This document shows positions 9,050 to 17,912 of a stretch of DNA of 54,872 bases, one piece after another. Below the pieces are notes generated by a model. That model was not told where the DNA came from. It saw only the letters and a program-made list of their open reading frames with translations, and did no database searches. Source of the stretch: Campylobacterota bacterium (GTDB lineage Bacteria; Campylobacterota; Campylobacteria; Campylobacterales; Sulfurovaceae); the NCBI GenBank assembly GCA_034722955.1, contig JAYEOM010000027.1, positions 1-54,872 on the forward strand, read 5' to 3'. The stretch's first letter is position 1. The number at the start of each line of letters is the position of its first letter. Made by a program: the position numbers and the translations under genes.

Positions 9050-9778
9050 ATGTTTTTTTTCAAAAATAAAACTACCAAAGATGCTGTACCTCTACTAGAG
9101 GTAGATCTGCACTCTCATCTGATCCCAGGTATCGATGATGGATCTCAAAACATGGAAGAGAGTTTGGATATACTCAAATCCATGTCAGAGTTGGGATATA
9201 AAAAAGTGATCACTACACCGCATGTTATGGCAGATACATACCGTAATAGTACTGAGACTATCTTGGATGGTTTGAGATCACTCAGAGAGGAGGTGTCTAA
9301 AGCAGGAGTTGATATAGAGATAGAAGTTGCTGCAGAGTATTATCTCGATGAGGAGCTTACAGAGCGTCTAAAAAATGATGATATATTGACTATAGGAGAT
9401 GGGTATCTTCTTTTTGAAACCTCATATGTCTCTAAACCGATGAATTTTGAAGAGACAGTTTTTGAGATAGGTACAAAGGGTTACAAACCTCTGCTAGCAC
9501 ACCCCGAACGATATCGATACATTACAGATCCCAAAGAGATGTATAGTCAGATGAGAGATCTAGGTATTTTTTTTCAACTTGATATCAACTCATTGGGGGG
9601 ACACTATGGTAAACAGGCTTTTGAACTTGCCAAATTTCTTACAGAGTCTGGAATGATAGATTTCATAGGTAGTGATATTCATCATAAAAAACAGGTTTCA
9701 TACTTAAAAGAGGTTTTCAGGAGTAAATATTACCTTGAAGTGTGGAAAAAAAGTGAAATTAAAAATAATTTCTTATAA
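9050..9778 (+). CDS. cpsB: CpsB/YwqE-type PHP-family protein-tyrosine phosphatase
   Basis: N-terminal DLHSHLIPGIDDGS, TTPHV, AHPERY and GSDIHH are the metal-binding motifs of Mn-dependent CpsB phosphatases. It lies immediately downstream of wzc. Confidence 0.85.
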   Translation: MFFFKNKTTKDAVPLLEVDLHSHLIPGIDDGSQNMEESLDILKSMSELGYKKVITTPHVMADTYRNSTETILDGLRSLREEVSKAGVDIEIEVAAEYYLDEELTERLKNDDILTIGDGYLLFETSYVSKPMNFEETVFEIGTKGYKPLLAHPERYRYITDPKEMYSQMRDLGIFFQLDINSLGGHYGKQAFELAKFLTESGMIDFIGSDIHHKKQVSYLKEVFRSKYYLEVWKKSEIKNNFL

Positions 9779-9811
9779 ATTAACCAAAAATTAATAGATT
9801 AATCAAAAAGT

Positions 9812-9820
9812 TGTTATAAT
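9812..9820 (+). promoter_or_regulatory. extended -10 (TGTTATAAT) candidate internal promoter for wza
   Basis: TGnTATAAT sits 29 nt upstream of the ATG at 9849, with AAAGGAGAG as the SD in between. Confidence 0.4.
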
Positions 9821-9848
9821 ACTAATTAATATCTAAAAGGAGAGAGCT

Positions 9849-10586
9849 ATGAACAAGATCATCAAAATAGTTGGAGTATTAATACTACTTCTTGTAGTTA
9901 GCGGATGTAATTCTGGAAGATCAGACTATGAGCTGTTGAAATCAAAAAAACAGGTCAAATCTGAAAAAAAGATGTCGATGCAGAGTATAGAGTACAAAAT
10001 CATGCCGCATGATAGACTATCTGTAGTGATTTATCAATATCCGGAATTGACACCGACATCAATGAATGAAAAGGGTATTTTGATTGATAATGAGGGGTAT
10101 ATATCTCTTCCTTTGATACACAAAGTAAAAATAGCAGGATATACACAGTCAGCAGCGGCTAGAATGATAGAGGGTCGATATAAAAAGTATTTGACTGACC
10201 CTTCACTGAATATCGAAGTTATGAATAAACGGGTTTATGTCTTGGGAGAGGTGAAAAAACCAGGGGTTGTTCAGTTGGATAATGAAGTAGGAACAGTGAT
10301 GCAAGTTATCGCTCATGCTGGGGGCTTGACAAACTCTGCACGGAGAGATAGTCTCTATATTGTGAGTAGTGATGGTAAAAATAATATGACAATGCGAAGA
10401 GTAAACCTAACAAGCTTCTCTTCTATACAGCGAACAAACATAGTCATAAAACCAAATGATGTACTCTATGTACAGCCTAATAAGTGGAAGTCGTTTAAGG
10501 TTGCTTCAGATGACTTCACTTCACCATTTGTGACGATCACTAAGATTGCAGCACCATTTGTAACTCTGAAGTATCTTTCAGATTGA
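9849..10586 (+). CDS. wza: polysaccharide export outer-membrane lipoprotein (Wza-like)
   Basis: Lipobox LLVVSGC. YKIMPHDRLSVVIY and VYVLGEVKKPGVV resemble the Poly_export/SLBB motifs. Confidence 0.8.
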   Translation: MNKIIKIVGVLILLLVVSGCNSGRSDYELLKSKKQVKSEKKMSMQSIEYKIMPHDRLSVVIYQYPELTPTSMNEKGILIDNEGYISLPLIHKVKIAGYTQSAAARMIEGRYKKYLTDPSLNIEVMNKRVYVLGEVKKPGVVQLDNEVGTVMQVIAHAGGLTNSARRDSLYIVSSDGKNNMTMRRVNLTSFSSIQRTNIVIKPNDVLYVQPNKWKSFKVASDDFTSPFVTITKIAAPFVTLKYLSD

Positions 10587-10602
10587 TATAGTCTGTCTGT
10601 TT

Positions 10603-11622
10603 ATGTATATTGAATTTACGACAGTTTTTTTTGTTGCGATTTTTTTTATTAGAGCAGTACGATTTTATGCACCTAGGATTGGACTAATAGATATCCCAAA
10701 TGAGAGAAGCTCTCATATGGTTCGTATCCCAAGAGGGGCAGGTATAGGGTTTTATCTTGCTGTTGCAGTTGTGATGCCATTTTTCTACCCTTCGATGATA
10801 TTGGAGTATCCTTGGCTCTTTTTTGCTACTCTTTTAGTCTTCACCATAGGTCTGCTGGATGATCATAGAGATGCTTCTCCTCGTACTAAATTTATCGTCT
10901 TGACGATCAGCACCATTTTTTTAAGTTTTGATGGTTTTGTTATTGACAATGTAGGACTATTTTTTGGTATGGATATTTCGTTGGGATGGTTTGCTCTCCC
11001 CTTCACCCTCTTTGCTGTTGTGACTTTCACCAATGCACTCAACCTTATAGATGGGTTGGATGGGTTGGCAGGGAGTGTTAGTATAGTGATCCTCTTGAGC
11101 TTTTTTATTGTGGGGTATCAAAATAGTGATCTATTCATGATAATAGTTTCAGGCTCATTTATAGCTTCTCTCTTGGCTTTTCTCCTCTTTAATTGGCATC
11201 CTGCATCTATCTTTATGGGTGATAGTGGCTCTTTGGTACTAGGGTTTATTATAGCACTGCTAGCTATCAGATCATTGGCGTATATACCTGCTGTTAGTAT
11301 ACTATTTATCGCTGCACTGCCTATCATCGATACTATGATAGTGGTTATCCGTCGTAAACGCACGGGTAGAGCTGTTTTTTCTGCTGATAGATGTCACTTG
11401 CACCATGTACTTCGTCACTTTTTTGCTGAAAGTACCCCAAAAACAGTGATATATCTTATCTCTATGCAGGCAGTCTACTCATTGACAGGACTACAGTTCG
11501 CAAAGGAGAGTGATGGTGGCTTTATACTTTTGTTATTTCTCCTCAATATAGTAGTAGTCTATCTCTCTGTTGATGCTATGATAAAACGCCAAAAGTGTAT
11601 CTGCGGAGAGAAGAGGGTTTAG
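10603..11622 (+). CDS. MraY/WecA-family (GT4) undecaprenyl-phosphate sugar-phosphate transferase
   Basis: IPNERSSH, GLLDD, NLIDGLDGLA and IFMGDSGS are WecA/WbpL signature motifs. It is a polytopic membrane protein. Confidence 0.85.
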   Translation: MYIEFTTVFFVAIFFIRAVRFYAPRIGLIDIPNERSSHMVRIPRGAGIGFYLAVAVVMPFFYPSMILEYPWLFFATLLVFTIGLLDDHRDASPRTKFIVLTISTIFLSFDGFVIDNVGLFFGMDISLGWFALPFTLFAVVTFTNALNLIDGLDGLAGSVSIVILLSFFIVGYQNSDLFMIIVSGSFIASLLAFLLFNWHPASIFMGDSGSLVLGFIIALLAIRSLAYIPAVSILFIAALPIIDTMIVVIRRKRTGRAVFSADRCHLHHVLRHFFAESTPKTVIYLISMQAVYSLTGLQFAKESDGGFILLLFLLNIVVVYLSVDAMIKRQKCICGEKRV

Positions 11623-11642
11623 GCTACCCCAAGGAGATAAAC
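11619..11642 (+). repeat. 24-nt element, copy A (TTAGGCTACCCCAAGGAGATAAAC)
   Basis: An exact 24/24 reverse-complement match to 51233-51256. It overlaps the TAG stop of the GT4 gene. Confidence 0.9.
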
Positions 11643-11654
11643 ACACAAATAGCC

Positions 11655-12221
11655 TTAATCTATCTCTAGTACTGAATAGACTTCACTCTCAAACCCATCT
11701 TTTCCATTTAAAAATCCAAGCTCCATGATAAAGCAGCACTCTACACAGTGAGCACCTACTTTGTCTATGAGGCTGGCAGCTGCTTTTGCAGTACCTCCCG
11801 TAGCGATGAGATCATCGATGAGGAGGACTTTGGATCGATCTCCTGATACAGTACAGCATCCATTCTCTCCAAATGCATCTATATGGATCTCTACTTCATC
11901 AAAACCATACTCTAGGGAGTATTTTTCAGCGACTGTAGTATATGGAAGTTTCCCTTTTTTTCGTACAGGAACAAACCCTACCTGAAGCCTATCTGCTAGT
12001 GAAGCACCAAAGATGAAACCCCTAGCATCTATCCCTGCAATATAATCTAGTTCATAGTTACGATAACGCTCAGTCAAATGATCCATCAAAGTTTTAAATG
12101 CTTCTGGATTGTTGAGCATGGTGGAGATATCTTTAAATACAATACCTGGTTTTGGGAAATCTGGAATATCACGGATACTTCCGAGGATGATCTCTCTATC
12201 TTCTTGACTTAATTTATGCAT
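11655..12221 (-). CDS. apt: adenine phosphoribosyltransferase
   Basis: [12 protein letters not shown] and the PRPP-binding loop [14 protein letters not shown]. Confidence 0.9.
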   Translation of the reverse strand: MHKLSQEDREIILGSIRDIPDFPKPGIVFKDISTMLNNPEAFKTLMDHLTERYRNYELDYIAGIDARGFIFGASLADRLQVGFVPVRKKGKLPYTTVAEKYSLEYGFDEVEIHIDAFGENGCCTVSGDRSKVLLIDDLIATGGTAKAAASLIDKVGAHCVECCFIMELGFLNGKDGFESEVYSVLEID

Positions 12222-12282
12222 ATTGTTGCCTTTCTCTATAGTTATTAGTTGATATATTGTTGCTATCTACTTGTATTTGGTA

Positions 12283-12738
12283 TTATCCTAGATCAGATCC
12301 AAAACTGCACCCCACTTCTATCTTGTTGACGCGTTTTGCATGTCGTCCACCCTCAAATGGTGTTTGGCAGAAGGCATCTATCATACTCTCTATGACTCCT
12401 CTGCCTACGACCCTCTCTCCAAATGCAAGTATATTGGCATCATTGTGAGCTCTAGACATAGCAGCTGTATAAGCATCATGACATAGTGCTGCACGGATAC
12501 CCTCTACTTTGTTGGCAGAGATAGATATGCCGATGCCTGTACCGCAGATCAGTATACCAAAGCTTCCTTGATCATCCATAACAGCTTTGGCACAAGTGTG
12601 GGCATAGTCTGGATAGTCAACTCTATCTGCCGAGTCTGGACCCAAGTCGATGATCTTGTGTCCTAGTGAAGTGATATACTCTTTTACAAATGCCTTGAGC
12701 GCATATCCGGCATGGTCTGTTGCGATGTAAAATTTCAT
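12283..12738 (-). CDS. rpiB: ribose-5-phosphate isomerase B
   Basis: MKFYIATDHAGY...GILICGTGIGISISANK is the RpiB/LacAB signature. The start is trimmed to the ATG at 12738. Confidence 0.9.
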   Translation of the reverse strand: MKFYIATDHAGYALKAFVKEYITSLGHKIIDLGPDSADRVDYPDYAHTCAKAVMDDQGSFGILICGTGIGISISANKVEGIRAALCHDAYTAAMSRAHNDANILAFGERVVGRGVIESMIDAFCQTPFEGGRHAKRVNKIEVGCSFGSDLG

Positions 12739-12773
12739 AAATTTCCTTTTTGATTCTAGTTGATAGTTTGACT

Positions 12774-13421
12774 CTATCCCAATAGTAAGTTGACTATCCA
12801 CACTACAGGTTTAAATAGGTAGGCAGAGAGAGGTGTAAAGAGGATGGCTAACAGTATGAGCATACCATAAGGGGCTACTCTGTCATAAAAAGCGGTGAAG
12901 CCTCTGAGGTTCCACCCTTGTGCTAGATAGCGAACAGCATTGGCACCATCTAGTGGCGGTATAGGCCATAGATTGAAGATACCCAAAAGTACATTGATGA
13001 TCACACTTTGATAGAGAAGCAGGGCGATAAAGGCACTAAGTGCTGAATCTGGGTGAGCAAATAGCGGGAAGATAGCCGCAGATATCGCTGCTAAGACAAA
13101 GTTGTAGGTGATACCGGCTAGAGAGACTGCTACAGCTGCATTGGTGCCACCATTTCTAGTGACGGTATTGATATTGATCGGGACAGGCTTTGCCCATCCG
13201 AATATAAAGGGTGCGCCACTAAAATATAGTGCAGCCGGCACAAGAATAGTACCTATGGGATCGATATGCTTGATGGGGTTTGGACTAAGTCGCCCCCGAC
13301 TCTTTGCTGTATCATCTCCATATCTGTATGCAACCCAGCCATGCATGATCTCATGACCTACTATAGCGATGACCAGAGCGATGATCATCGTGAGAAGTTT
13401 GATAATTTCTACTTCACTCAT
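12774..13421 (-). CDS. site-2 protease family (M50) membrane metalloprotease
   Basis: HEIMHG (HExxH) lies in the first TM region. NLWPIPPLDG is the second conserved motif. Confidence 0.8.
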   Translation of the reverse strand: MSEVEIIKLLTMIIALVIAIVGHEIMHGWVAYRYGDDTAKSRGRLSPNPIKHIDPIGTILVPAALYFSGAPFIFGWAKPVPININTVTRNGGTNAAVAVSLAGITYNFVLAAISAAIFPLFAHPDSALSAFIALLLYQSVIINVLLGIFNLWPIPPLDGANAVRYLAQGWNLRGFTAFYDRVAPYGMLILLAILFTPLSAYLFKPVVWIVNLLLG

Positions 13422-13436
13422 AGCTATCTCTCCTCT

Positions 13437-14414
13437 CTACAGGATAGGTTCTTCTAGTTGGATGGATTCTATACGGCGACCTATGCGTCCCCATCTGACT
13501 TTGTATCGCTCCTTCTCCCAGAGTGTTTCACAAGCTTTTGTATCTATTGGTCTCTTGCCGCAGACTCTATGGAGACCTGCATGATCTTGTCCTGAACCAT
13601 AAGCATCATCACCTTTGAGCATCTTGTCGTAGCTGCGACTCTCTAGACTAAAGTAGATAAGCCAAGGTTTTCCAACTATCAGCCTATAGGGGATAGAACC
13701 CCAAAATCGGCTATCGTTAGAGTTGTCACGATTGTCACCTATCATATAGTAGTGATCTTGTTCTACTCTTTTGTAGAGTGCATTGACAGGGCGCTCTTTG
13801 ATCATATACTCAGGAGCAACCAAATCTTCGATATAGATTGGAGACATATCGATATCTTTGTCATAGGCATAACTCTTGAGCAGAGATTCAAATATATTGC
13901 CATGACCTTCAGGGGTATACTGTATCCCTGGATATTTGCCCATGTATGGGTTTGATACCCAGAGTTTATCTCTCAGGGAGATGATCTTCTCTTTTGGGTA
14001 GTTCTCTTTGATATACTCATCCCCTTCATGGAAGTGTATAAGCATCTTTTTGTCAGTATAGATCAGCTCATCGCCTCCAACAGCAACACATCGTTTGACA
14101 TAGTGGATCTTATTGTTTTTTGGGAAGCGGAAGATGACTATATCTTCCCTCTGGGGTTTTGGACCCTCTATCAAGTGGCCATTGTCAAACATATCAGGCA
14201 GTAGGGGTACCTCCAGCCATGGCAAATGCGGTGTAGGGATACCGTAACTAAATTTTTTGGCAAATAGAAAATCACCAATAAGCAGACTTCGTTTCATCGA
14301 TCCACTGGGGATGACAAAAGATTGTGCAACAAAGAATATCAAAAAGAGAACTATTATAACAGTTCCCGTCCAGGTTCCGGAGAAGTGGATAAGTTTAGCA
14401 AAGAATTTTTTCAT
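13437..14414 (-). CDS. lepB: signal peptidase I
   Basis: IPSGSMKRSLLIGD (catalytic Ser box), YVKRCVAVGGD (Lys box) and GDNRDNSNDSRFWG. Confidence 0.9.
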   Translation of the reverse strand: MKKFFAKLIHFSGTWTGTVIIVLFLIFFVAQSFVIPSGSMKRSLLIGDFLFAKKFSYGIPTPHLPWLEVPLLPDMFDNGHLIEGPKPQREDIVIFRFPKNNKIHYVKRCVAVGGDELIYTDKKMLIHFHEGDEYIKENYPKEKIISLRDKLWVSNPYMGKYPGIQYTPEGHGNIFESLLKSYAYDKDIDMSPIYIEDLVAPEYMIKERPVNALYKRVEQDHYYMIGDNRDNSNDSRFWGSIPYRLIVGKPWLIYFSLESRSYDKMLKGDDAYGSGQDHAGLHRVCGKRPIDTKACETLWEKERYKVRWGRIGRRIESIQLEEPIL

Positions 14415-14415
14415 T

Positions 14416-15258
14416 TTATCTCTTTTGGGCAGATTTGAGTGTGTTCTCTAGCAGCATAGCGATAGTCATGGGACCCACACCGCCTGGTACAGGGGTAATA
14501 TGGCTGCATTTTGGACTCACCTCAGGGAAATCTACATCCCCTACGAGTGAACCGTTCTCTACGCGGTTGATCCCTATATCGATCATGATGACCCCATCTC
14601 TCACCATATCTGCTTTGATCAGAGCAGGAACACCGACACCTACGATGACTATATCTGCGGCTAGAGTGTGTCTCTTGAGATCTTTTGTATATATGTGAGT
14701 GATGGTTACAGTCGCATTGGCATTGAGCAGTAGACTAGCCATAGGTTTTCCGACGATATTACTCGCACCTACTATACAGACATCTTTGCCCTCTAGCTCT
14801 ATCTCATAAGCTTCAAACATCTTCATCACGCCTAGAGGTGTACAGGCTACGAAACTATCCAAGCCTGTCACAAGGCGACCAACATTGTAGGGGTGAAAAC
14901 CATCTACATCTTTCTTGGGATCAATCACTTCGATGATCCTGTCTGTATCGATATGTTTTGGCAGTGGTAACTGTACGAGTATACCATCTATACGGGGATT
15001 GTTGTTCATCATCTCTATAGTTGCGATGATCTCGTCTTGGCTGATAGTCTCAGGCATATTGTGTGTAATAGAGTAAAATCCAACCTTTTCACACGCTTTT
15101 GCCTTCATCTTGACATAAGCATGACTTGCTGGATCATCACCTATCAGTATGACAGCTAAACCAGGGACTATATTTTTCTCCTGCTTGAGTCTATCGACCC
15201 CTTGGATCACTCTATCTTGAACTCTGCTTGCGAGAGATTTCCCATCGATGAGTTGCAT
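14416..15258 (-). CDS. folD: bifunctional methylenetetrahydrofolate dehydrogenase/cyclohydrolase
   Basis: MQLIDGK..., PGLAVILIGDDPAS, GILVQLPLP and VTPVPGGVGPMTIAMLL. The start is trimmed to the ATG at 15258. Confidence 0.9.
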   Translation of the reverse strand: MQLIDGKSLASRVQDRVIQGVDRLKQEKNIVPGLAVILIGDDPASHAYVKMKAKACEKVGFYSITHNMPETISQDEIIATIEMMNNNPRIDGILVQLPLPKHIDTDRIIEVIDPKKDVDGFHPYNVGRLVTGLDSFVACTPLGVMKMFEAYEIELEGKDVCIVGASNIVGKPMASLLLNANATVTITHIYTKDLKRHTLAADIVIVGVGVPALIKADMVRDGVIMIDIGINRVENGSLVGDVDFPEVSPKCSHITPVPGGVGPMTIAMLLENTLKSAQKR

Positions 15259-15372
15259 ATATTTCACTTTCACCGATCGATCAAACCACTATTGTCATGG
15301 TTGCCGATCAATCTTCTAAAATTTTTAGGGTATTATATCAAAATAAATTTAGTATTAGAGGAGTCTTTGGTT

Positions 15373-15714
15373 TTGAAAAAAATATGGTATCTGCTCCCCT
15401 TGGTTCTCGTAGCCAAGGAGGACTTCATCTCCGATTTTGAATATGGTCAAATGCTCTACAAAAATCCCAGAGGGATCAGTTGTGCATCTTGCCATGGATT
15501 GAGAGGAGAGGGGAGAGAGATCGTATCTTATCAAGACAAGAATGAGACTATTGTCATCAGAGGTTCAGATATACGCAATAGGTCACTTGAAGAGATAGAG
15601 TCGATAGTTGCCAGAAATCATAAAGTAATGCCCAAGTATTATCTCACCATAGAGGAGGTCGAAGCGATCTACAACTATCTACAAGAGATAAATCGATCAT
15701 CCTCTACAGAGTAG
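15373..15714 (+). CDS. small monohaem class I cytochrome c
   Basis: CASCHG haem-binding motif. Signal-like KKIWYLLPLVLVA. TTG at 15373 lies 9 nt after AGGAG (15359-15363). The longer listed ORF would overlap folD. Confidence 0.6.
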   Translation: MKKIWYLLPLVLVAKEDFISDFEYGQMLYKNPRGISCASCHGLRGEGREIVSYQDKNETIVIRGSDIRNRSLEEIESIVARNHKVMPKYYLTIEEVEAIYNYLQEINRSSSTE

Positions 15715-17092
15715 GTGCAGTCACTACCCCTGCTATCAGAAAAGCAAAACTTGCCAGTATGCCACCGATCAGTGCATATGGTATCTGCGTACGGACATGC
15801 TCTATATGGTCGCAGCCTGATGCCATAGATGAGATGATGGTAGTATCAGAGATGGGTGAAGCATGGTCTCCGAAGATACCCCCGGATATGACCGCTGCTA
15901 TGACTAGAGGAAGGTTGAGATCCATCATCGCACCTAGAGCTAGAGCGATAGGCATCATGATAGAGAAGGTTCCCCAGCTCGTTCCCGTAGAGAAGGCAGT
16001 GATGGAGGAGATGACAAAGATGAGTAGAGGCAGGAGTATAACGGGGAAATTACCCTCTAATATATGTGCCAAATAGGCAGCAGTTCCCAGATCTCCTATC
16101 ACCCTCCCGATGAGCAGTGCCAAGATCAATATCATCACAACAGGGATCATATCTCCCATCCCTTGGTAGAGTGACTCGAAATAGGCTTTGTGTCTCATGA
16201 TCTTTGCCGGGATATAGTAGAGATATAGAAAAAACAGCGTGATTATCACAGCATAATAGACAGAGGTAGATCCACTACCACTCAAGATATCGCCTTTGCC
16301 TGTGATGTAGAGTATGATCGGTACCGAGAGTACCATTATGATGATGGGGAGTAGCATTTGCCATAGTGATGACTGACCAGGGTGTCTCTCCAGATCTTTG
16401 AGATATGCTACAGCTTTGGCCGAAGAGATAGGGCCTATATCCAGGTCGAAAAGTATAACTATGAGTACAATGATCAGTGTAAATATAGCATAAAAGTTGA
16501 AAGGTATAGATGCAATTAGCAGTGAGAGTGCATCTCCCTCTATGACACTACTCTCGATAGCAGTGAGTATCAATCCAAGCAGCAGTGCCCCCCAGCCATT
16601 GAGAGGTATGAGTGAGCAGATAGGTGCAGATGTTGAGTCACATATATAGGCGAGCTTCTCTCTAGAGACACCGTTTTTATCACAAAGAGGCTTGGCAACA
16701 GTCCCCGCAACCAACGAGGTGATGGAGGACTCTATAAAGATCAAGATACCGATAGAGTAAGCCAGTAGCATGGCACCGCGAGGCGAATCGATAGAGCTTG
16801 ATTTTGTACCCAGATAGGTGACAAAGCGTTCGATGGCACCACTATCGCCTAGTATCCGAATGATAGAACCCACAAGAAGCATAAAGATCAATGTTTTTGT
16901 GATCCACCCCTCAGCAAAGAGTGCGATGAGACCATCAAATGTAGCAAAAAATGCATCACCGGGATGATATCCATGGAGTACAAGTTCTCCTACAAATACC
17001 CCTCCAAACAGAGAGATAACCACATCTTTTGTTGTAATAGCCAAAATAATTGTTAGCAGAGGTATCGCTAGTGATAATATTCCATATTCCAT
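15704..17092 (-). CDS. nhaC: Na+/H+ antiporter NhaC-family transporter
   Basis: About 12 TM helices. The overall NhaC-like pattern includes AITTKDVVISLFGGVFVG and GIFGDHASPISDTT. Confidence 0.8.
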   Translation of the reverse strand: MEYGILSLAIPLLTIILAITTKDVVISLFGGVFVGELVLHGYHPGDAFFATFDGLIALFAEGWITKTLIFMLLVGSIIRILGDSGAIERFVTYLGTKSSSIDSPRGAMLLAYSIGILIFIESSITSLVAGTVAKPLCDKNGVSREKLAYICDSTSAPICSLIPLNGWGALLLGLILTAIESSVIEGDALSLLIASIPFNFYAIFTLIIVLIVILFDLDIGPISSAKAVAYLKDLERHPGQSSLWQMLLPIIIMVLSVPIILYITGKGDILSGSGSTSVYYAVIITLFFLYLYYIPAKIMRHKAYFESLYQGMGDMIPVVMILILALLIGRVIGDLGTAAYLAHILEGNFPVILLPLLIFVISSITAFSTGTSWGTFSIMMPIALALGAMMDLNLPLVIAAVISGGIFGDHASPISDTTIISSMASGCDHIEHVRTQIPYALIGGILASFAFLIAGVVTAPTL

Positions 17093-17171
17093 AGGAGGAA
17101 TTATACCATGAAACTATTAGGCATCTTGATACTCTCTATAGCCACTGCGATACAACATATCGAGATTAAAA

Positions 17172-17526
17172 TCATATCTTTTCTGGTAGTGAATATATAA
17201 AAATTTGAAAACTTGTATTTTTGTAAGTTACTGCCATAAGTCTTTTATGTTTTGTAAAATCTTGAGTTATATTGTTATAGCTTCTATAATCTTTAAGAAC
17301 TTTGATTTTTTTTGATTCTCTTTGCAAAGACTCAAAACAACTAAACCAGTAGTCTATTCCATCCACCAGAGTTCTCTTCTTGCTTTTTATCCGTCTCATC
17401 ACGAAGTGGCTCAAATGGTATAATCTCTTCATCTAAATCATCATAATCTTTATAAAAACCACACAGTATATTTTCTATAACTATCTGGTCTGTAATACCC
17501 TCACAAGCTAATCCAAATTTTGCCAC
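17172..17526 (-). pseudogene. frameshifted remnant of a DUF4276/TOPRIM-like gene
   Basis: MAKFGLACEGITDQIVIENIL looks like the xEGxTD N-terminus of DUF4276/TOPRIM proteins. The reading frame breaks near 17341-17432 into two overlapping ORFs. The DNA is AT-rich. Confidence 0.4.
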
Positions 17527-17883
17527 TTAAAAGCCTTTGGAGTCTCTTTTGCTACTATAAGTGTAATATAAAATAGTATAAATAGAAATCCTTCATTTGC
17601 ACTTCGTTGGTCTATTTCTCTATAAAGATACTTATCTTTTATGATAACCTTATTTTCTAATGAGGAGATATCAGTAGGGATTGCTATATCTTCAAACCAG
17701 TTAAAAAGCTGTAGAGATTTGATAATCATCTTCATATAACTTTTGTCTTCATAATTATTAATTACTTTAAGAAGCTTTAATAATCCTTCACCATTAATCC
17801 CTAGTGGTTGAATTTGTCCCTCCTACTTCCAACTCTAGATCATAAATAGATTTAAAGTTTTGTATGTGTATATTTTTTATCAT
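17508..17883 (-). pseudogene. decayed AAA/ABC-type ATPase gene (N-terminus plus signature region, internally deleted)
   Basis: The ATG at 17883 gives MIKNIHIQNFKSIYDLELEVGG, then a stop at 17794. A shifted frame continues IQPLGINGEGLLKLL, a Walker A that lacks its Lys-Ser. Later, RSANEGFLFILFYITL resembles an ABC signature. The total is far too short for an intact ATPase. Confidence 0.45.
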
Positions 17884-17912
17884 CTGTTCTTCTTTTGTTT
17901 TTATTTGCCCTA

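Noticed and set aside
9053-9060. T8 tract right after the cpsB start codon, A9 tract at about 4068, and C7 tract at 8677-8683 in wzc, as possible phase-variation switches
   Set aside because: A/T runs of 8-9 nt are common in a genome of this composition. The C7 run simply encodes the conserved PTPPNP motif of BY-kinases. There is no G/C tract of the length usually associated with phase variation in this phylum.
15202-15372. 5' extension of the cytochrome c ORF overlapping the folD N-terminus
   Set aside because: The extension is antisense to the folD coding sequence and has no signal peptide. An AGGAG-TTG start at 15373 yields a normal signal peptide directly.
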